Of a DNA stretch of 64,000 nucleotides, positions 1 to 10,618 are shown in pieces (positions within the stretch are counted from its first letter, which is position 1; every line of letters starts with the position of its first letter). The notes under the pieces are model-generated. The model was not told the DNA's origin. It saw only the letters and a list, made by a program, of their open reading frames with translations, and searched no databases. A program made the translations under genes and the position numbers. The stretch comes from Candidatus Bathyarchaeia archaeon (GTDB lineage Archaea > Thermoproteota > Bathyarchaeia > Bathyarchaeales > Bathycorpusculaceae): positions 64,001 to 128,000 of the forward strand of contig JBEKSS010000001.1 in the NCBI GenBank assembly GCA_049516875.1. The letters are read 5' to 3'.

Positions 1-2
1 TG

Positions 3-1394
3 GGGATCGCCAATATCGATTCCGACTCCATTGTCGGCTATGTTGTTTTCAGAAATGTTGTTGTTTGAAGAGTAGGAGGCGATGATGCCGCTGTTTGTTA
101 TGTTGTTTCCAATGATGTTGTTGTGTGAAGAGTTTAACAGTTGAATGCCGAGCGGCGTTATGTTGTTTCCAACGATGTTGTTGTGTGAAGAGGAGTTCAC
201 GTAAAGGAAGCGAATGTCGTTTCGCGTGACGTTGTTGTTGCTCGACAGCGTCACGAGTTCTATCTTAGCGTTGCGGTTTCCAGTTACTTCGGTGTTGTTC
301 GTAGCGAGGAGCTCCAGCGTTGTGATTGCGGTTGTGTTGGTGGAACCGAGGTTTTTCAGGTGCATTTCGCTGCAGCTGACCAAGACCACTTCTGCTACGT
401 CGGCGTTTTGGACTGTTTGATCGGTAATCCCTTCCAAATAAACAACGGGTCTGCCATTCAAAGTGTTGTTGTTAACGATGTTTGCGTAAGAGTTATAGAC
501 GAACAAACCGTGGGCGACAAAGGTGTTCGCTGTTATGTTGTTGCCTGAAGAAGAATCAAGTGTGAGGCCATCGCAGTCATTTCCTGTCAGAGTGTTGTTT
601 GAAGAACCGTCGGATAGCTGGATCATATTTGTTAAATCGTTTCCTGTTATGGTGTTGTTCAGAGAATTCCGCAGCTGTACGCCATCTGTCATGTTGTTTC
701 CAGATATTACATTGCCTGAAGAAGAGTCAAGCATGACGTCACTGCAATCATTTCCTGCGACAGTGTTGTTTGAAGAGCCACCAGATAGCGTGACCACATT
801 TGTCAAAGTGTTTCCCGTTACTGCGTTGTTTAAGCAATTTTCTAGTTGTATGCCTTCCGTCATGTTGTTCCCAGAAATGATGTTGCCTGAGGACGAGCGG
901 ACCATGATGCCAAGCTGAGTGTTTTGTGTGATGTTGTTCCCAGAAATGATGTTGTTTGAACTAAGAAGCATAACACCCCATTGGCAGTTGGTGATTGTGT
1001 TCCCAGAAACGTTGCAGTATCTGCCGACAATCCAAATCCCAATATTACGTATGCGAAGAGCGCCTTCCACAGTGAACCCAGTCATAGTGACGTTGTCACT
1101 GCTTATCTGCACTGTCCAAATTCCAGGCTGGTTGCCATCGATAATTGTTGTTTCAGGGTTTTCTCCTACAAGCGACAACTTCTTGTTGGCATCCAGGTTC
1201 TCCGCGTACGTTCCGTTTCTCACGAATATTGTATCTCCAGCGCTTGCATTGTTTATGGCTTCTTGTATTGTTGCATAGTCGTCTGGGACGATTATCGTGG
1301 CGGAAACTGCCTTACCATTGCCTCGGACTAGAGATGAAGAAGTGGACAAAAACAAAAGAGGCAAGAGCAAGAAAAGAACACATCTCTTAAACAT
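3..1394 (-). CDS. Secreted right-handed parallel beta-helix (NosD/pectin-lyase-like) repeat protein, 3' end outside window
   Basis: Absent from ORF track (runs off the edge). Manual translation from ATG at 1394 (GGTGA SD at ~1401-1405): MFKRCVLFLLLPLLFLS signal peptide, then IIVPDDYATIQEAINNASAGDTIFVRNGTYAEN and many S/G-N-N-I/T coils. Confidence 0.85.
   Translation of the reverse strand, partial: MFKRCVLFLLLPLLFLSTSSSLVRGNGKAVSATIIVPDDYATIQEAINNASAGDTIFVRNGTYAENLDANKKLSLVGENPETTIIDGNQPGIWTVQISSDNVTMTGFTVEGALRIRNIGIWIVGRYCNVSGNTITNCQWGVMLLSSNNIISGNNITQNTQLGIMVRSSSGNIISGNNMTEGIQLENCLNNAVTGNTLTNVVTLSGGSSNNTVAGNDCSDVMLDSSSGNVISGNNMTDGVQLRNSLNNTITGNDLTNMIQLSDGSSNNTLTGNDCDGLTLDSSSGNNITANTFVAHGLFVYNSYANIVNNNTLNGRPVVYLEGITDQTVQNADVAEVVLVSCSEMHLKNLGSTNTTAITTLELLATNNTEVTGNRNAKIELVTLSSNNNVTRNDIRFLYVNSSSHNNIVGNNITPLGIQLLNSSHNNIIGNNITNSGIIASYSSNNNISENNIADNGVGIDIGDP
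541..882. repeat. Diverged intragenic tandem duplication, 171-bp (57-aa) unit
   Basis: TTGCCTGAAGAAGA at 541 and 712, with alignable downstream sequence (TCATTTCCTG...GTGTTGTTTGAAGA...GTCATGTTGTT). Confidence 0.7.
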
Positions 1395-1750
1395 GTTACT
1401 TCACCGTCCATTTTACTGTCCTGTTCACCCTATTTAACAATTTATGGACGAATAGGACGAATAAGGATTGAATCATAACATATCAAAACCAATGCAAGCG
1501 TGCGCGTAAAATCCTGGCATACAACTGCTGAATTTTGTTTCACGGCTTTGTCTTGAACTTTCCCTTGCCAGAAAAAACAGTGCGCGCACGTTCAAGTTGG
1601 TATTGAACAACGCTCGGTGTATGTCGAAAGACAGACTAAGACTTATCTTACAGGCAGAAGGAGTGGACAACAATACAGCGAAGAACATAACCCTTGAGGA
1701 CCAGGCCGTTCGAAAAAGGCATCTTGCAACCATATGGATGACAGAAAACC

Positions 1751-2998
1751 ATGAAGAAAACAGACTCAAACGAAAGCAACTCAAATTCGCGGCGAGCTAA
1801 GTTCTTTGGGAGTAACATCGCAGTAATCGCCAGCAGCAGTGCCGTCAATGGTTTTGGAACAGGAATGATCAGCTACTACGCTTCACTTTACTTCGTCAGC
1901 ATCGGCGGAGACCCTATCAGGTTAGGAATCTTGACATCAATATCAATCCTAATCCAATGTTTAGTACTGTTCTTAGGCGGCCGCATAGCAGACCACTATG
2001 GAAGAAGAAAAGTAATTGTGATAGCAGCATTCTACGCAATACTGTTCCCAACGCTATATGCATTGATTCCTGACTGGAGAATCTTCGTTGCAACAGCCGC
2101 AATAGGCGCGTTCGGAGCCGTATCAAGTCCAGCATCTCACGCGACAGTGGCTGACTCGATTCCTGCTGAGAAACGAACCACTGGAATCTCGACCCTTCAG
2201 GTTGTCTCCACCTTTCCTATGATATTTTCTCCTCTGATCGGAGGATTACTCATAGAAATCTACGGACTGCAAAGCGGTTTTAGATTGGCTTCCGCGTTTG
2301 TTGCAGGAACGACGTTAGTCTCGGCGGTAATCTTGCTGCTGTTCCTCAAAGAGACAATGCGACAAAGGCACGGACAAGAATCCCGAGTCTCTGCCAACTC
2401 GACTGTGAGTATCCGTGGTAGACTGTCAGCAAGGTCCCTGCACAGCCTAGTGGCACTGCTTTTTTCTTACGGACTCATCGCCTTTGCCAACGCACTGGTC
2501 AGTAGTTACTACATTCTGTACGCAACTCAAGTCATAGGTCTTGATGCACCACACTATGGAATCATCGTCAGCCTACAAATCCTTCTAACTATTCTCTTGA
2601 AGATTCCTGGAGGGTGGGCAAGTGACAGGTTTGGCAAGAAGAAGATGATGATAGTCTCAATATTGACGTGTACACCCTGCGTGGTAATGTTCACGTTTTC
2701 TCGATCATTCCTTCAAGCCGCGATCACCATAATCGTCTTGACAATCACGGGAATGTACTACGCACCGTCGTATGAAGCTCTTCAGGCTGACTTGACGCCT
2801 AGAGAAATCAGAGGACGAGTCACATCTTTTTGGGATATAAGTGGCGCCGTTGGAGGGGCTTTAGGCGCATCTTTGGGCGGCATCTTTTTCCAAACAATCA
2901 GTCCCGCAACCCCATTCTACGCTTTCGCCGTAGTTGAGGTGGTAGCCGCACTGTTGATACTTGTCGCTGTTAAAGAACCTCAACAAGCCGAAGATTAG
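1751..2998 (+). CDS. MFS transporter
   Basis: About 12 hydrophobic segments; motif A GRIADHYGRR and GWASDRFGKK. Confidence 0.9.
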   Translation: MKKTDSNESNSNSRRAKFFGSNIAVIASSSAVNGFGTGMISYYASLYFVSIGGDPIRLGILTSISILIQCLVLFLGGRIADHYGRRKVIVIAAFYAILFPTLYALIPDWRIFVATAAIGAFGAVSSPASHATVADSIPAEKRTTGISTLQVVSTFPMIFSPLIGGLLIEIYGLQSGFRLASAFVAGTTLVSAVILLLFLKETMRQRHGQESRVSANSTVSIRGRLSARSLHSLVALLFSYGLIAFANALVSSYYILYATQVIGLDAPHYGIIVSLQILLTILLKIPGGWASDRFGKKKMMIVSILTCTPCVVMFTFSRSFLQAAITIIVLTITGMYYAPSYEALQADLTPREIRGRVTSFWDISGAVGGALGASLGGIFFQTISPATPFYAFAVVEVVAALLILVAVKEPQQAED

Positions 2999-3159
2999 AC
3001 AAGTCAGGTCATGCATTTCAAGCCCTGTTTACCTCACTGTGCGCTTTGACTGTTATGTTGACGGGTTCAGAGTTTGATGGACTTGGATTTCATGTTTTCA
3101 TCCAGATAGCTAATGGCAAATGCACTTTTTTTGTAGGATTCAAACCTTACAGTGGTTGC

Positions 3160-3624
3160 TTATTTCTCTCTCCGCAGGAAGTCGCCTATATCCAGAATAT
3201 TCTCCACCGCTGGGCCTCCTCTTTTTCCGTCCAAGTTGCACAGTATTCTGCCAAAGCCTAGGCACTCACCATAGGAGTTTAGGACCAACGTGTATTCGTC
3301 TTTTTTCCTTGAGCCGATCACGTTCGCTATTCCTTGTTTGAATATGTCTCTGCCGCAGATGAACAGCCATTCGGTTTTCTTGTGGATGATTACTTTGTTT
3401 GATTTTTCCCTCGCGACAAAATTCAGCAAGTTGAAGCTTGGAAAGAATCTCCCATCCTTGACTTTTCCTATGTAGGCTCCTGCGTAGAAGAAGTCTTTTG
3501 ATGCTAACCGCTTCAGATTCTTGTTTAGTAGGAAGTATCGACCTTGCCTTTTCACGATGAGACTTTCGTCCAGCATGATCTTTGTTCCAAAGCGGCCTAC
3601 AAAATCGACTATGGGCTTGATCAT
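3160..3624 (-). CDS. NIP7-like ribosome biogenesis protein (PUA domain)
   Basis: Start trimmed to MIKPIV; AGAYIGK...FFPS...EWLFICGRD...DIGDFLRRE pattern; overlaps the stop of the Nop2 gene. Confidence 0.75.
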   Translation of the reverse strand: MIKPIVDFVGRFGTKIMLDESLIVKRQGRYFLLNKNLKRLASKDFFYAGAYIGKVKDGRFFPSFNLLNFVAREKSNKVIIHKKTEWLFICGRDIFKQGIANVIGSRKKDEYTLVLNSYGECLGFGRILCNLDGKRGGPAVENILDIGDFLRREK

Positions 3625-4511
3625 GCAGCGTTCCGCCGTTTCAGTTTGCACACGAAGAAACCTTGGGTTTGTCCAGGCCAGATTCGTCTGCATTTTTCTA
3701 TTGAACTATCTAGGTATTTGCCGAAAACGTTTGTCAGTGCCTCTTGTCCGTGACAGCTGATTTCTTCCACTTGAAGGCTAAGGTTTCTGACGGCCCAGTC
3801 AATGTTTAACTCGTTTTCTTCAGGTTCCAAGGAACAGGTTGAATAAACTATTTCGCCGTTGTCGTTCAGAACTTTGACTGTTTCGGTCATTATCTCTCTT
3901 TGAAGCGCCGCGTTTCTTTTTACGTCATTGATTGTTCTTCTTTTGAACCAGTTTTCGTCTGCCGCGAAGTTGCCGGAGCAGGGCATGTCCAGAAGTATGC
4001 GGTCGAAACTTGCTTTCAGTTCAGAGACTTGTCTTGCATCTAGAAAGTAGACGACTGTATTTTTGACGCGGCACCGTTCCAGTTGGTTTGCCAACGCTGT
4101 CAGCCTTTGTTTTCTGATGTCTAAGGCGATTATCGCGCCTGTGTTGTGCATTGAGTCGGCCAGTTGAACGGTTTTTCCTCCTGGAGCTGCGCAGGCATCT
4201 AGCACAGTTTTGTCTTCTGATTCTGTGAATAGGGTGACGGGTATTTGAGCCGCTGCCTCTTGGATTGAGTACAGACCCAAGAGGTATTCCGATGTTGCCC
4301 CGACCGAGAATTTTGATTCACAAACCCAGTAGCCATGATCTAGGAAGGAGATCCTTTCAAGCGTTATTCCAATCGACTGTAGTCTTTGCAGGATGGTCGC
4401 TGTTTTCTCTACGTTTATGGTGTTTATTCTTATTGCCTGTCTGGGTGTTACATCTTCGTGTTTCCAGCCTAGTTCCTTATAGCGAGTTATGAAGAAGTCT
4501 TTACTTGACAT
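3621..4511 (-). CDS. RsmB/NOP2-family RNA m5C methyltransferase
   Basis: VLDACAAPGGKT, ILLDMPCSG, VYSTCSLEPEENE motifs. Confidence 0.93.
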   Translation of the reverse strand: MSSKDFFITRYKELGWKHEDVTPRQAIRINTINVEKTATILQRLQSIGITLERISFLDHGYWVCESKFSVGATSEYLLGLYSIQEAAAQIPVTLFTESEDKTVLDACAAPGGKTVQLADSMHNTGAIIALDIRKQRLTALANQLERCRVKNTVVYFLDARQVSELKASFDRILLDMPCSGNFAADENWFKRRTINDVKRNAALQREIMTETVKVLNDNGEIVYSTCSLEPEENELNIDWAVRNLSLQVEEISCHGQEALTNVFGKYLDSSIEKCRRIWPGQTQGFFVCKLKRRNAA

Positions 4512-4570
4512 TGATGATAGTTTAGGGTGCTATTCATAAAAGCTTGGTGTTGACGCAGAGGTGTGAAGGT

Positions 4571-7324
4571 TCACTTCGTCAGTCTTCGGGTAAACCATTT
4601 CCTGATTTCTTCAACGAAAACTATAATGACTGCGAGGACCGCTAGGAACGCCCATTCAAACGGCCCTAAGGATGCCGTGCCGAAAAGCGCCTGCATCGGT
4701 GGAGCATATATCAGAAGAGATATTATCAATATTTGAGAGGCTATGCCGAGCCATATCCATTTGTTGCTTTTGAGACTTGTTTTGAAAATTGAGGCTTTGT
4801 TCGTCCTACTTGCTAAGACGTTGCCAACTTGGGCTATGACAATGCCGGCAAAGGTCATGGTTGTACCTTTGGCGTAGATAGTTGGGTCTTGAACCTTTGA
4901 CAACCCGAGATGCCAGCCGCCTGCTGACCACGCCATGAAGCAGCCTGCCATAGCGCCAACGGCGATGATTGTGCCCAGATATAGGGAGCGGAGAAAGACC
5001 TTAGCGTTGAACAATCGTTCCCTGATGCTCCGTGGATGTTCCTGCATGATGCCGACTTCTGGCGGTTCACGGCTCAGAGCCAAGGAGGGTATAACCTCGA
5101 TTCCCAAGTCTATGGCTAGAATCTGAGCGACAAGCAGGGGAAGAGGTAAGCCTAGTACTGCGTAAAGAACATAAGGAATTAGCTCGGCCCAGTTATGCGT
5201 GAAAACGTACACGATGAATTTTCTTAGGTTCTCGTAGATTGTACGCCCAGACTCAATTGCCTTGACTATTGAGGCGAAACTGTCGTCGAGGAGAACCATG
5301 TCTGCGGCTTCTCTCGCCACATCTGTCCCTGAAACGCCCATGGCTACTCCTATGTCTGCCTCTTTCAACGATGGAGCATCGTTAGCTCCGTCCCCGGTCA
5401 CGGCCACGATTTCACCATGCCGTTTGAGAGCTTTTACTATCCGAAGTTTTTGTTCGGGTGAGACCCTTGCAAAAATAACGTTTTCATTCTTGACTTCTTC
5501 TGAGATTTGTTCGTCCGTCATAGCTTCCATGTCGACGCCGCGGATTATACGACATTTCTCCGGGTTCACTATGCCGACTTCTTGGGCTATGGCCTGCGCA
5601 GTCGGACCGTAATCTCCGGTTATTATGACGATTTTTATGCCAGCTTTTTTTGCCACTGTTACCGCATTCTCTACTTCTGGACGGGGTGGATCTTTCATGG
5701 CCGCAAGCCCTACCAGAATCATGTCTTTTTCAACGTTTTTGGCCCTGAAAGCACCGTTCGCCGGTAGCTCCGAATAAGCCACGGCTATTACGCGGAGACC
5801 TTCATCTGCGAACTCACGGATTTTTGTCTCGGCGGCATCAAGATATTCTTTGGTCAGGTTTTCTACCCTGTCTTCAACCAGCACCCTGTTACATATGGAG
5901 AGGATGCTTCTCGGCGCACCCTTCGTGTAAGCGCAGATCTTGTGATCATACTTGTGAATTGTCGTCATCCTTTTTCTTCGGGAGTCAAAAGGTATGACGT
6001 TGTGGATAGGCTTCTGTGCCAGCATGCTTTGCGGGTTTAGCCCGTACTTTATAGCGGCTACAAGTAGTGCACCGTCTGTTGAGTCTCCTACGATGCTCCA
6101 TGATCTGTTCCTGTCTGAAGGCGGCTCAAGCTTGGCACTGTTGCAGAGGGCGGCGATTTCCAAGAGTTTTTCAATCGTGCCGGATTTTTCCTTTTCTAAA
6201 GCCTGGCCGCCGTTCGTAAAATCGCCGGCGGGATCGTAGCCGACCCCTGAAACTTCCACAACCCTGTCGGGAACCCACATTTTCGTGGCGGTCATTTCGC
6301 CCTTTGTAATCGTCCCTGTTTTGTCAGTGCATATGACGGTTACACTGCCGAGAGTCTGAACTGCAGACAAACGCTTCACTAGGACGTTTTCTCGCGCCAT
6401 CTTCAGAACGTTGATGGCTAGGGCGCTGGACACGGTGACCTGTAGTCCTTCTGGAACTAGTGCCACCATCACGCCTATCATGAACAGGATAGCTGTGACC
6501 AGCAGTACATGAAGTAATGTCAGGCTTACAAAGAAGAATGCGACACCCACTATTATGGCTAGAACGAAGTCGTATCTTGCTGTGTAGGCAATTTCTTTCT
6601 GTAGCGGACTTGCCTCTTCCTTTATTTCCTGTGTAAGACCGGCAATCTGTCCGAACTTTGTTTCCATACCTGTTTTGACTACTACAGCTTTGCCTTGACC
6701 TGTAGCAACACTTGTGCTCATGAAAACGAGATTTGGCATATCAAGGTAGGCTGAGTCTGCGATTTTGATAGCTTTGGTCGTTCGTGGCTGCGGTTCAGAT
6801 TCCCCAGTCAAAGGGACGTTGTTGGTCCATAAATCAAAAGCTTCTACTAGTCTTGCATCCGCAGGTACGCGGTCACCCTCTTCTAACTCTATTAGGTCGC
6901 CTAGAACCAGATCTTTTACCAATATCTTCTTCAGTTCCCCGTCTCGGATGACCTTGGCGTACTCGGGCATCCAGCTTTTCAGGGTTTCCATAGCTTTTTC
7001 TGCACGCCATTCCTGAAAAAGGCTGAACAAGGAGTTTACGAGGACTACTGCAAAGATTATTGCGCTTGTCTCCCACATGCTGAAGTTGTCTTCCCACACG
7101 GCATCTATCGCGGCAAGCAGACTTGCAAAAAGGAGCAGCACGCCGAACAGGTCTTTGAGTTGCCCTAGAAACTTGTAGGCTATTGAAACATGTTTCTTTT
7201 CGACTAGTATGTTGGGGCCGTGTTCGGCAAGTCGTCTGTTGGCTTCTTCACTGCTCAATCCTGCAGGTGAGGTTTTCAGAAGTTCGTAGACTTCTTTGAC
7301 ATGCAGAGTCGCAGCATCCTTCAA
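4571..7324 (-). CDS. Type II cation-transporting P-type ATPase
   Basis: TGES, PEGL, DKTGT, KGAP, GDGANDAP motifs. Confidence 0.95.
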   Translation of the reverse strand: MKDAATLHVKEVYELLKTSPAGLSSEEANRRLAEHGPNILVEKKHVSIAYKFLGQLKDLFGVLLLFASLLAAIDAVWEDNFSMWETSAIIFAVVLVNSLFSLFQEWRAEKAMETLKSWMPEYAKVIRDGELKKILVKDLVLGDLIELEEGDRVPADARLVEAFDLWTNNVPLTGESEPQPRTTKAIKIADSAYLDMPNLVFMSTSVATGQGKAVVVKTGMETKFGQIAGLTQEIKEEASPLQKEIAYTARYDFVLAIIVGVAFFFVSLTLLHVLLVTAILFMIGVMVALVPEGLQVTVSSALAINVLKMARENVLVKRLSAVQTLGSVTVICTDKTGTITKGEMTATKMWVPDRVVEVSGVGYDPAGDFTNGGQALEKEKSGTIEKLLEIAALCNSAKLEPPSDRNRSWSIVGDSTDGALLVAAIKYGLNPQSMLAQKPIHNVIPFDSRRKRMTTIHKYDHKICAYTKGAPRSILSICNRVLVEDRVENLTKEYLDAAETKIREFADEGLRVIAVAYSELPANGAFRAKNVEKDMILVGLAAMKDPPRPEVENAVTVAKKAGIKIVIITGDYGPTAQAIAQEVGIVNPEKCRIIRGVDMEAMTDEQISEEVKNENVIFARVSPEQKLRIVKALKRHGEIVAVTGDGANDAPSLKEADIGVAMGVSGTDVAREAADMVLLDDSFASIVKAIESGRTIYENLRKFIVYVFTHNWAELIPYVLYAVLGLPLPLLVAQILAIDLGIEVIPSLALSREPPEVGIMQEHPRSIRERLFNAKVFLRSLYLGTIIAVGAMAGCFMAWSAGGWHLGLSKVQDPTIYAKGTTMTFAGIVIAQVGNVLASRTNKASIFKTSLKSNKWIWLGIASQILIISLLIYAPPMQALFGTASLGPFEWAFLAVLAVIIVFVEEIRKWFTRRLTK

Positions 7325-7652
7325 AAAGACACCCTCTCCTTAAAATCGTCGGCAATCAGGAGGCGTTACGGTCCCCTAGAACAATTGTCTCTGCTCAGAC
7401 AGTCAGCTAAGAAAACGTGCGGCAACGAAAGGTTGCTTGTCTGCGTCAAAATTATTAGAACATACATCTGGATCAGCCTGTTGAGCCTTTAGCTTCTCTG
7501 CAAATCTGCGCAATTTTGTGTTGATCACCAATATTTTGCTGTCTACAATGACAAGCCCTTACATTTAAACCAATCGGGCAATCGCAGCTGTTTTGTTTTG
7601 ACAAGTCTTAAATGTTGAAGTAGCTTATGTTGGCTGTTGCACGGGTGGTACG

Positions 7653-8111
7653 ATGAGTGAAAAACAGGCTTTTGTAATTATGATTCAAACCAGATGGTGG
7701 AATGAATTTTGCCGTCGCAATCATGAGGGAAAAAAGACTCATTCCTTTGTATTGAGAGGAATTGCGCCGCCCAAGGATGCTTCGAGGGTTCTGTTCTACG
7801 TGACTAAGCCAGTTGGTGAGATTGCTGGGTACGCCGACTTCATCGAGCGAAAAGTTGGTGATGCTGAAAGATTGTGGAGAGAGCATGGCGAGGAGTCCGT
7901 GTTGGGTTCGAAAGAGAAGTATGATGGTTTCGTAAAGGATTCGCTGAAAGTGTCTTTCGTCAGGTTCAAGGACTTGCACGAAGGAGCTGCGGCTGTACCG
8001 CTCAACTATGTTCTCATGTCCCTTGGAGTCAGAAGGTTAGGCAGAAAAGGTTTTTACATTGATAAGGAAATTGAAGACAAGTTTGTGGCGTTGATGAAGG
8101 AAAGAACCTAG
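7653..8111 (+). CDS. ASCH/EVE (PUA-like) domain protein
   Basis: VLFYVTKPVGEIAG...LWREHG pattern typical of ASCH/DUF365-like folds. Confidence 0.55.
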   Translation: MSEKQAFVIMIQTRWWNEFCRRNHEGKKTHSFVLRGIAPPKDASRVLFYVTKPVGEIAGYADFIERKVGDAERLWREHGEESVLGSKEKYDGFVKDSLKVSFVRFKDLHEGAAAVPLNYVLMSLGVRRLGRKGFYIDKEIEDKFVALMKERT

Positions 8112-8292
8112 AAGTATAATGAAAACAGTTTCCAACAGTATTGAGGAAGTGAATGGCAAAGTTAATAGGTCGCTTCTTTTACATCCATGTAGCCCATATT
8201 TAGGCAGTGGAAACCTAGAATGTTCGATATGTCAAAGGCAACTCCTTCACAGATATTCATGAGTTTTTCGCTACCGCAGGGAAGGTCTGATT

Positions 8293-10509
8293 ATGGTACG
8301 CTACAGGCAAGTTGAAGAAATTCAAAAGTTGATGAATTATCCGGAAATGATTAGGAACACAAGCATCATTGCTCACGTTGACCATGGCAAAACGACGTTA
8401 TCAGACAGTCTCTTGGCTGCGGCTGGAATAATAAGCGAACAGAGAGCAGGGCAGCAGCTTGCGCTTGACTCTTGGGAGCTTGAACAGAAGAGGCAGATGA
8501 CCGTTTTCGCTTCAAACATTAGCTTGGCTCACACTTACCAAGGAAAGGAATACTTGATAAACCTCATCGACACGCCAGGACACATTGATTTCAGCGGTGC
8601 AGTCACGAGAAGCCTCCGGGCCGTGGACGGCGCCCTCGTAGTGGTTGACGCTGTGGAGGGGCCTATGACTCAGACGGAAACTGTTTTGATGCAGGCGTTG
8701 CGCGAAAGGGTTAAGCCGATTCTTTTCATAAACAAGGTTGACAGGCTCATAAAAGAAATAAAATTGACGCCAGAAGACATCCAGAAGAAGTTCGCAAAAA
8801 TCATCACGCGGGTGAACACTCTCATCGAAAAGTATGCGCCGCCAGAGCACAAGAAGGACTGGCAGGTTAAGGTTGAAGACGGCGGCGTTGCCTTCGGTTC
8901 AGCCCTTCACAAGTGGGGTTTGAACCTGCCGCACATGAAAGCAAAAGGCGTGACATTCGTTGACATTATTGACGCTTACACGGGGGAACATGAGGAGGTT
9001 AACCAAAAGGTTGACGCCCTAAGCAAGAAGGCACCAGTGCAGGATCCTATCTTGGACATGTTTGTTGAACACTTGCCCAACCCGATAGAAGCTCAACCCT
9101 ACAGGCAGAGCCAGATTTGGCCTGGCGACCAGAACAGTGCCGTGGGCAAAGGGATGGCCAAGGTTGACCCTAACGGGCCAGTTCTAATGTGCGTTTCAAC
9201 GATTGAAGTTGACACTCACAGTGGAGTTGTTGCCATCGGACGTGTTTTCAGCGGCACGGTGGAAAAGGGAAAGCTTGTTCAACTCATAACTAGCCGCCAG
9301 AAAGGCACGATTCAACAGGTTTACATGAGTATGGCCGCCGACCGAGTGATAATCGAGAGAGTTCCCGCCGGAAACATTGCTGCCCTTTCAGGTTTGCCCT
9401 CTATCCACGTGGGCGAAACCGTTGCAGAAGACGGTGTGGAGACGCAGGCGTTTGAAGGGTTGAAGTATGTTTCAGACCCTGTGGTAACGGTGGCTGTTGA
9501 ACCTGCCGACGTTAAGGATTTGCCGCTTTTCGACAAGGTCATGCACAAGCTGACGACTGAAGACCCGAACCTGCACTTTTCGATAAACAAGGAAAGCGGG
9601 GAATACCTGCTGAGTGGCATGGGTGAACTTCACCTGGAAATCACGGCGTATCGCATGCAGGAAGCCAAACTGAAGGTGAACGTTAGCAAGCCCATCGTGA
9701 TATACCGAGAAACCATCAGTCATGACTATAAAGGTCCTGCGATTATGGGTAAAAGCCCCAACAAGCACAACAAGCTTTGGGTGACGATGGAGAAGCTGCC
9801 GGACGATGTGGTTGAAGCAATCAAGATGGGAAAAATCAGTGAAATGCAGACACGTGAGGAGAGACAGAAGATCCTCAAAGGGTTTGGCTGGTTGACAGAT
9901 GACGCGCGCAACGTCGTAGCCATTGAAGGCAACAACGTTCTTGTCAACAGGATCAAGGGAAGACAGTACGTTGAAGAAATAATGGATCATATAAAGTCCG
10001 GTTTCAGAGAAGCAGTGTTCACGTCAGTCTTGGCGAAGGAACCTGCGTACGGGTTGAAGATAAACTTGGAAGATGTCACGGTTCACGAAGACCCAGTGCA
10101 CCGCGGACCAGCGCAGATACTGCCCATGACTTGGCGTCCAATATGGTGCGCTTTTCTACTCAGCGACCCGAGGCTTCTTGAGCCGCTGATAAGCTTTGAG
10201 TGCAAGGTTCCGAACACGTTTGTGAGCGGCGTCATAGCCATAGTTCAAAAACGCCGAGGCAAAATATTAGACATGACAAACGAGGAAGACATGATAATCG
10301 TCAAAGCAGAGATGCCGGTTTCTGAATCGTTCGGTATAGCTGATGAACTGCGATCCTCGACCGAGGGCAGAGCGTTCTGGGCTACACAGTTCAGCCGCTG
10401 GGCCCCGGTTCCAGAGCAAATGAAAGACGAAATAATAAAGCAGATACGCGAACGCAGAGGCCTACCACCGACACCGCCGAGACCTGAAGAATTCTTCGAA
10501 GACGCATAG
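8293..10509 (+). CDS. fusA: Archaeal translation elongation factor 2 (EF-2 or paralog)
   Basis: AHVDHGKT, DTPGH, NKVD, GMGELHL and diphthamide loop HEDPVHRG. Confidence 0.93.
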   Translation: MVRYRQVEEIQKLMNYPEMIRNTSIIAHVDHGKTTLSDSLLAAAGIISEQRAGQQLALDSWELEQKRQMTVFASNISLAHTYQGKEYLINLIDTPGHIDFSGAVTRSLRAVDGALVVVDAVEGPMTQTETVLMQALRERVKPILFINKVDRLIKEIKLTPEDIQKKFAKIITRVNTLIEKYAPPEHKKDWQVKVEDGGVAFGSALHKWGLNLPHMKAKGVTFVDIIDAYTGEHEEVNQKVDALSKKAPVQDPILDMFVEHLPNPIEAQPYRQSQIWPGDQNSAVGKGMAKVDPNGPVLMCVSTIEVDTHSGVVAIGRVFSGTVEKGKLVQLITSRQKGTIQQVYMSMAADRVIIERVPAGNIAALSGLPSIHVGETVAEDGVETQAFEGLKYVSDPVVTVAVEPADVKDLPLFDKVMHKLTTEDPNLHFSINKESGEYLLSGMGELHLEITAYRMQEAKLKVNVSKPIVIYRETISHDYKGPAIMGKSPNKHNKLWVTMEKLPDDVVEAIKMGKISEMQTREERQKILKGFGWLTDDARNVVAIEGNNVLVNRIKGRQYVEEIMDHIKSGFREAVFTSVLAKEPAYGLKINLEDVTVHEDPVHRGPAQILPMTWRPIWCAFLLSDPRLLEPLISFECKVPNTFVSGVIAIVQKRRGKILDMTNEEDMIIVKAEMPVSESFGIADELRSSTEGRAFWATQFSRWAPVPEQMKDEIIKQIRERRGLPPTPPRPEEFFEDA

Positions 10510-10528
10510 AACCAAAGCAGACCACGCC

Positions 10529-10564
10529 CTTCTTTTCGGCGCCTATTTTTCCCATTTTTCATTT
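10529..10564 (+). terminator. Oligo-T archaeal terminator after EF-2
   Basis: Several T-runs directly after the stop codon. Confidence 0.45.
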
Positions 10565-10618
10565 AATCTTCAGCAAGCTTTATTGATTTTCACAGTCATA
10601 GGACTCTGATGAATTATC

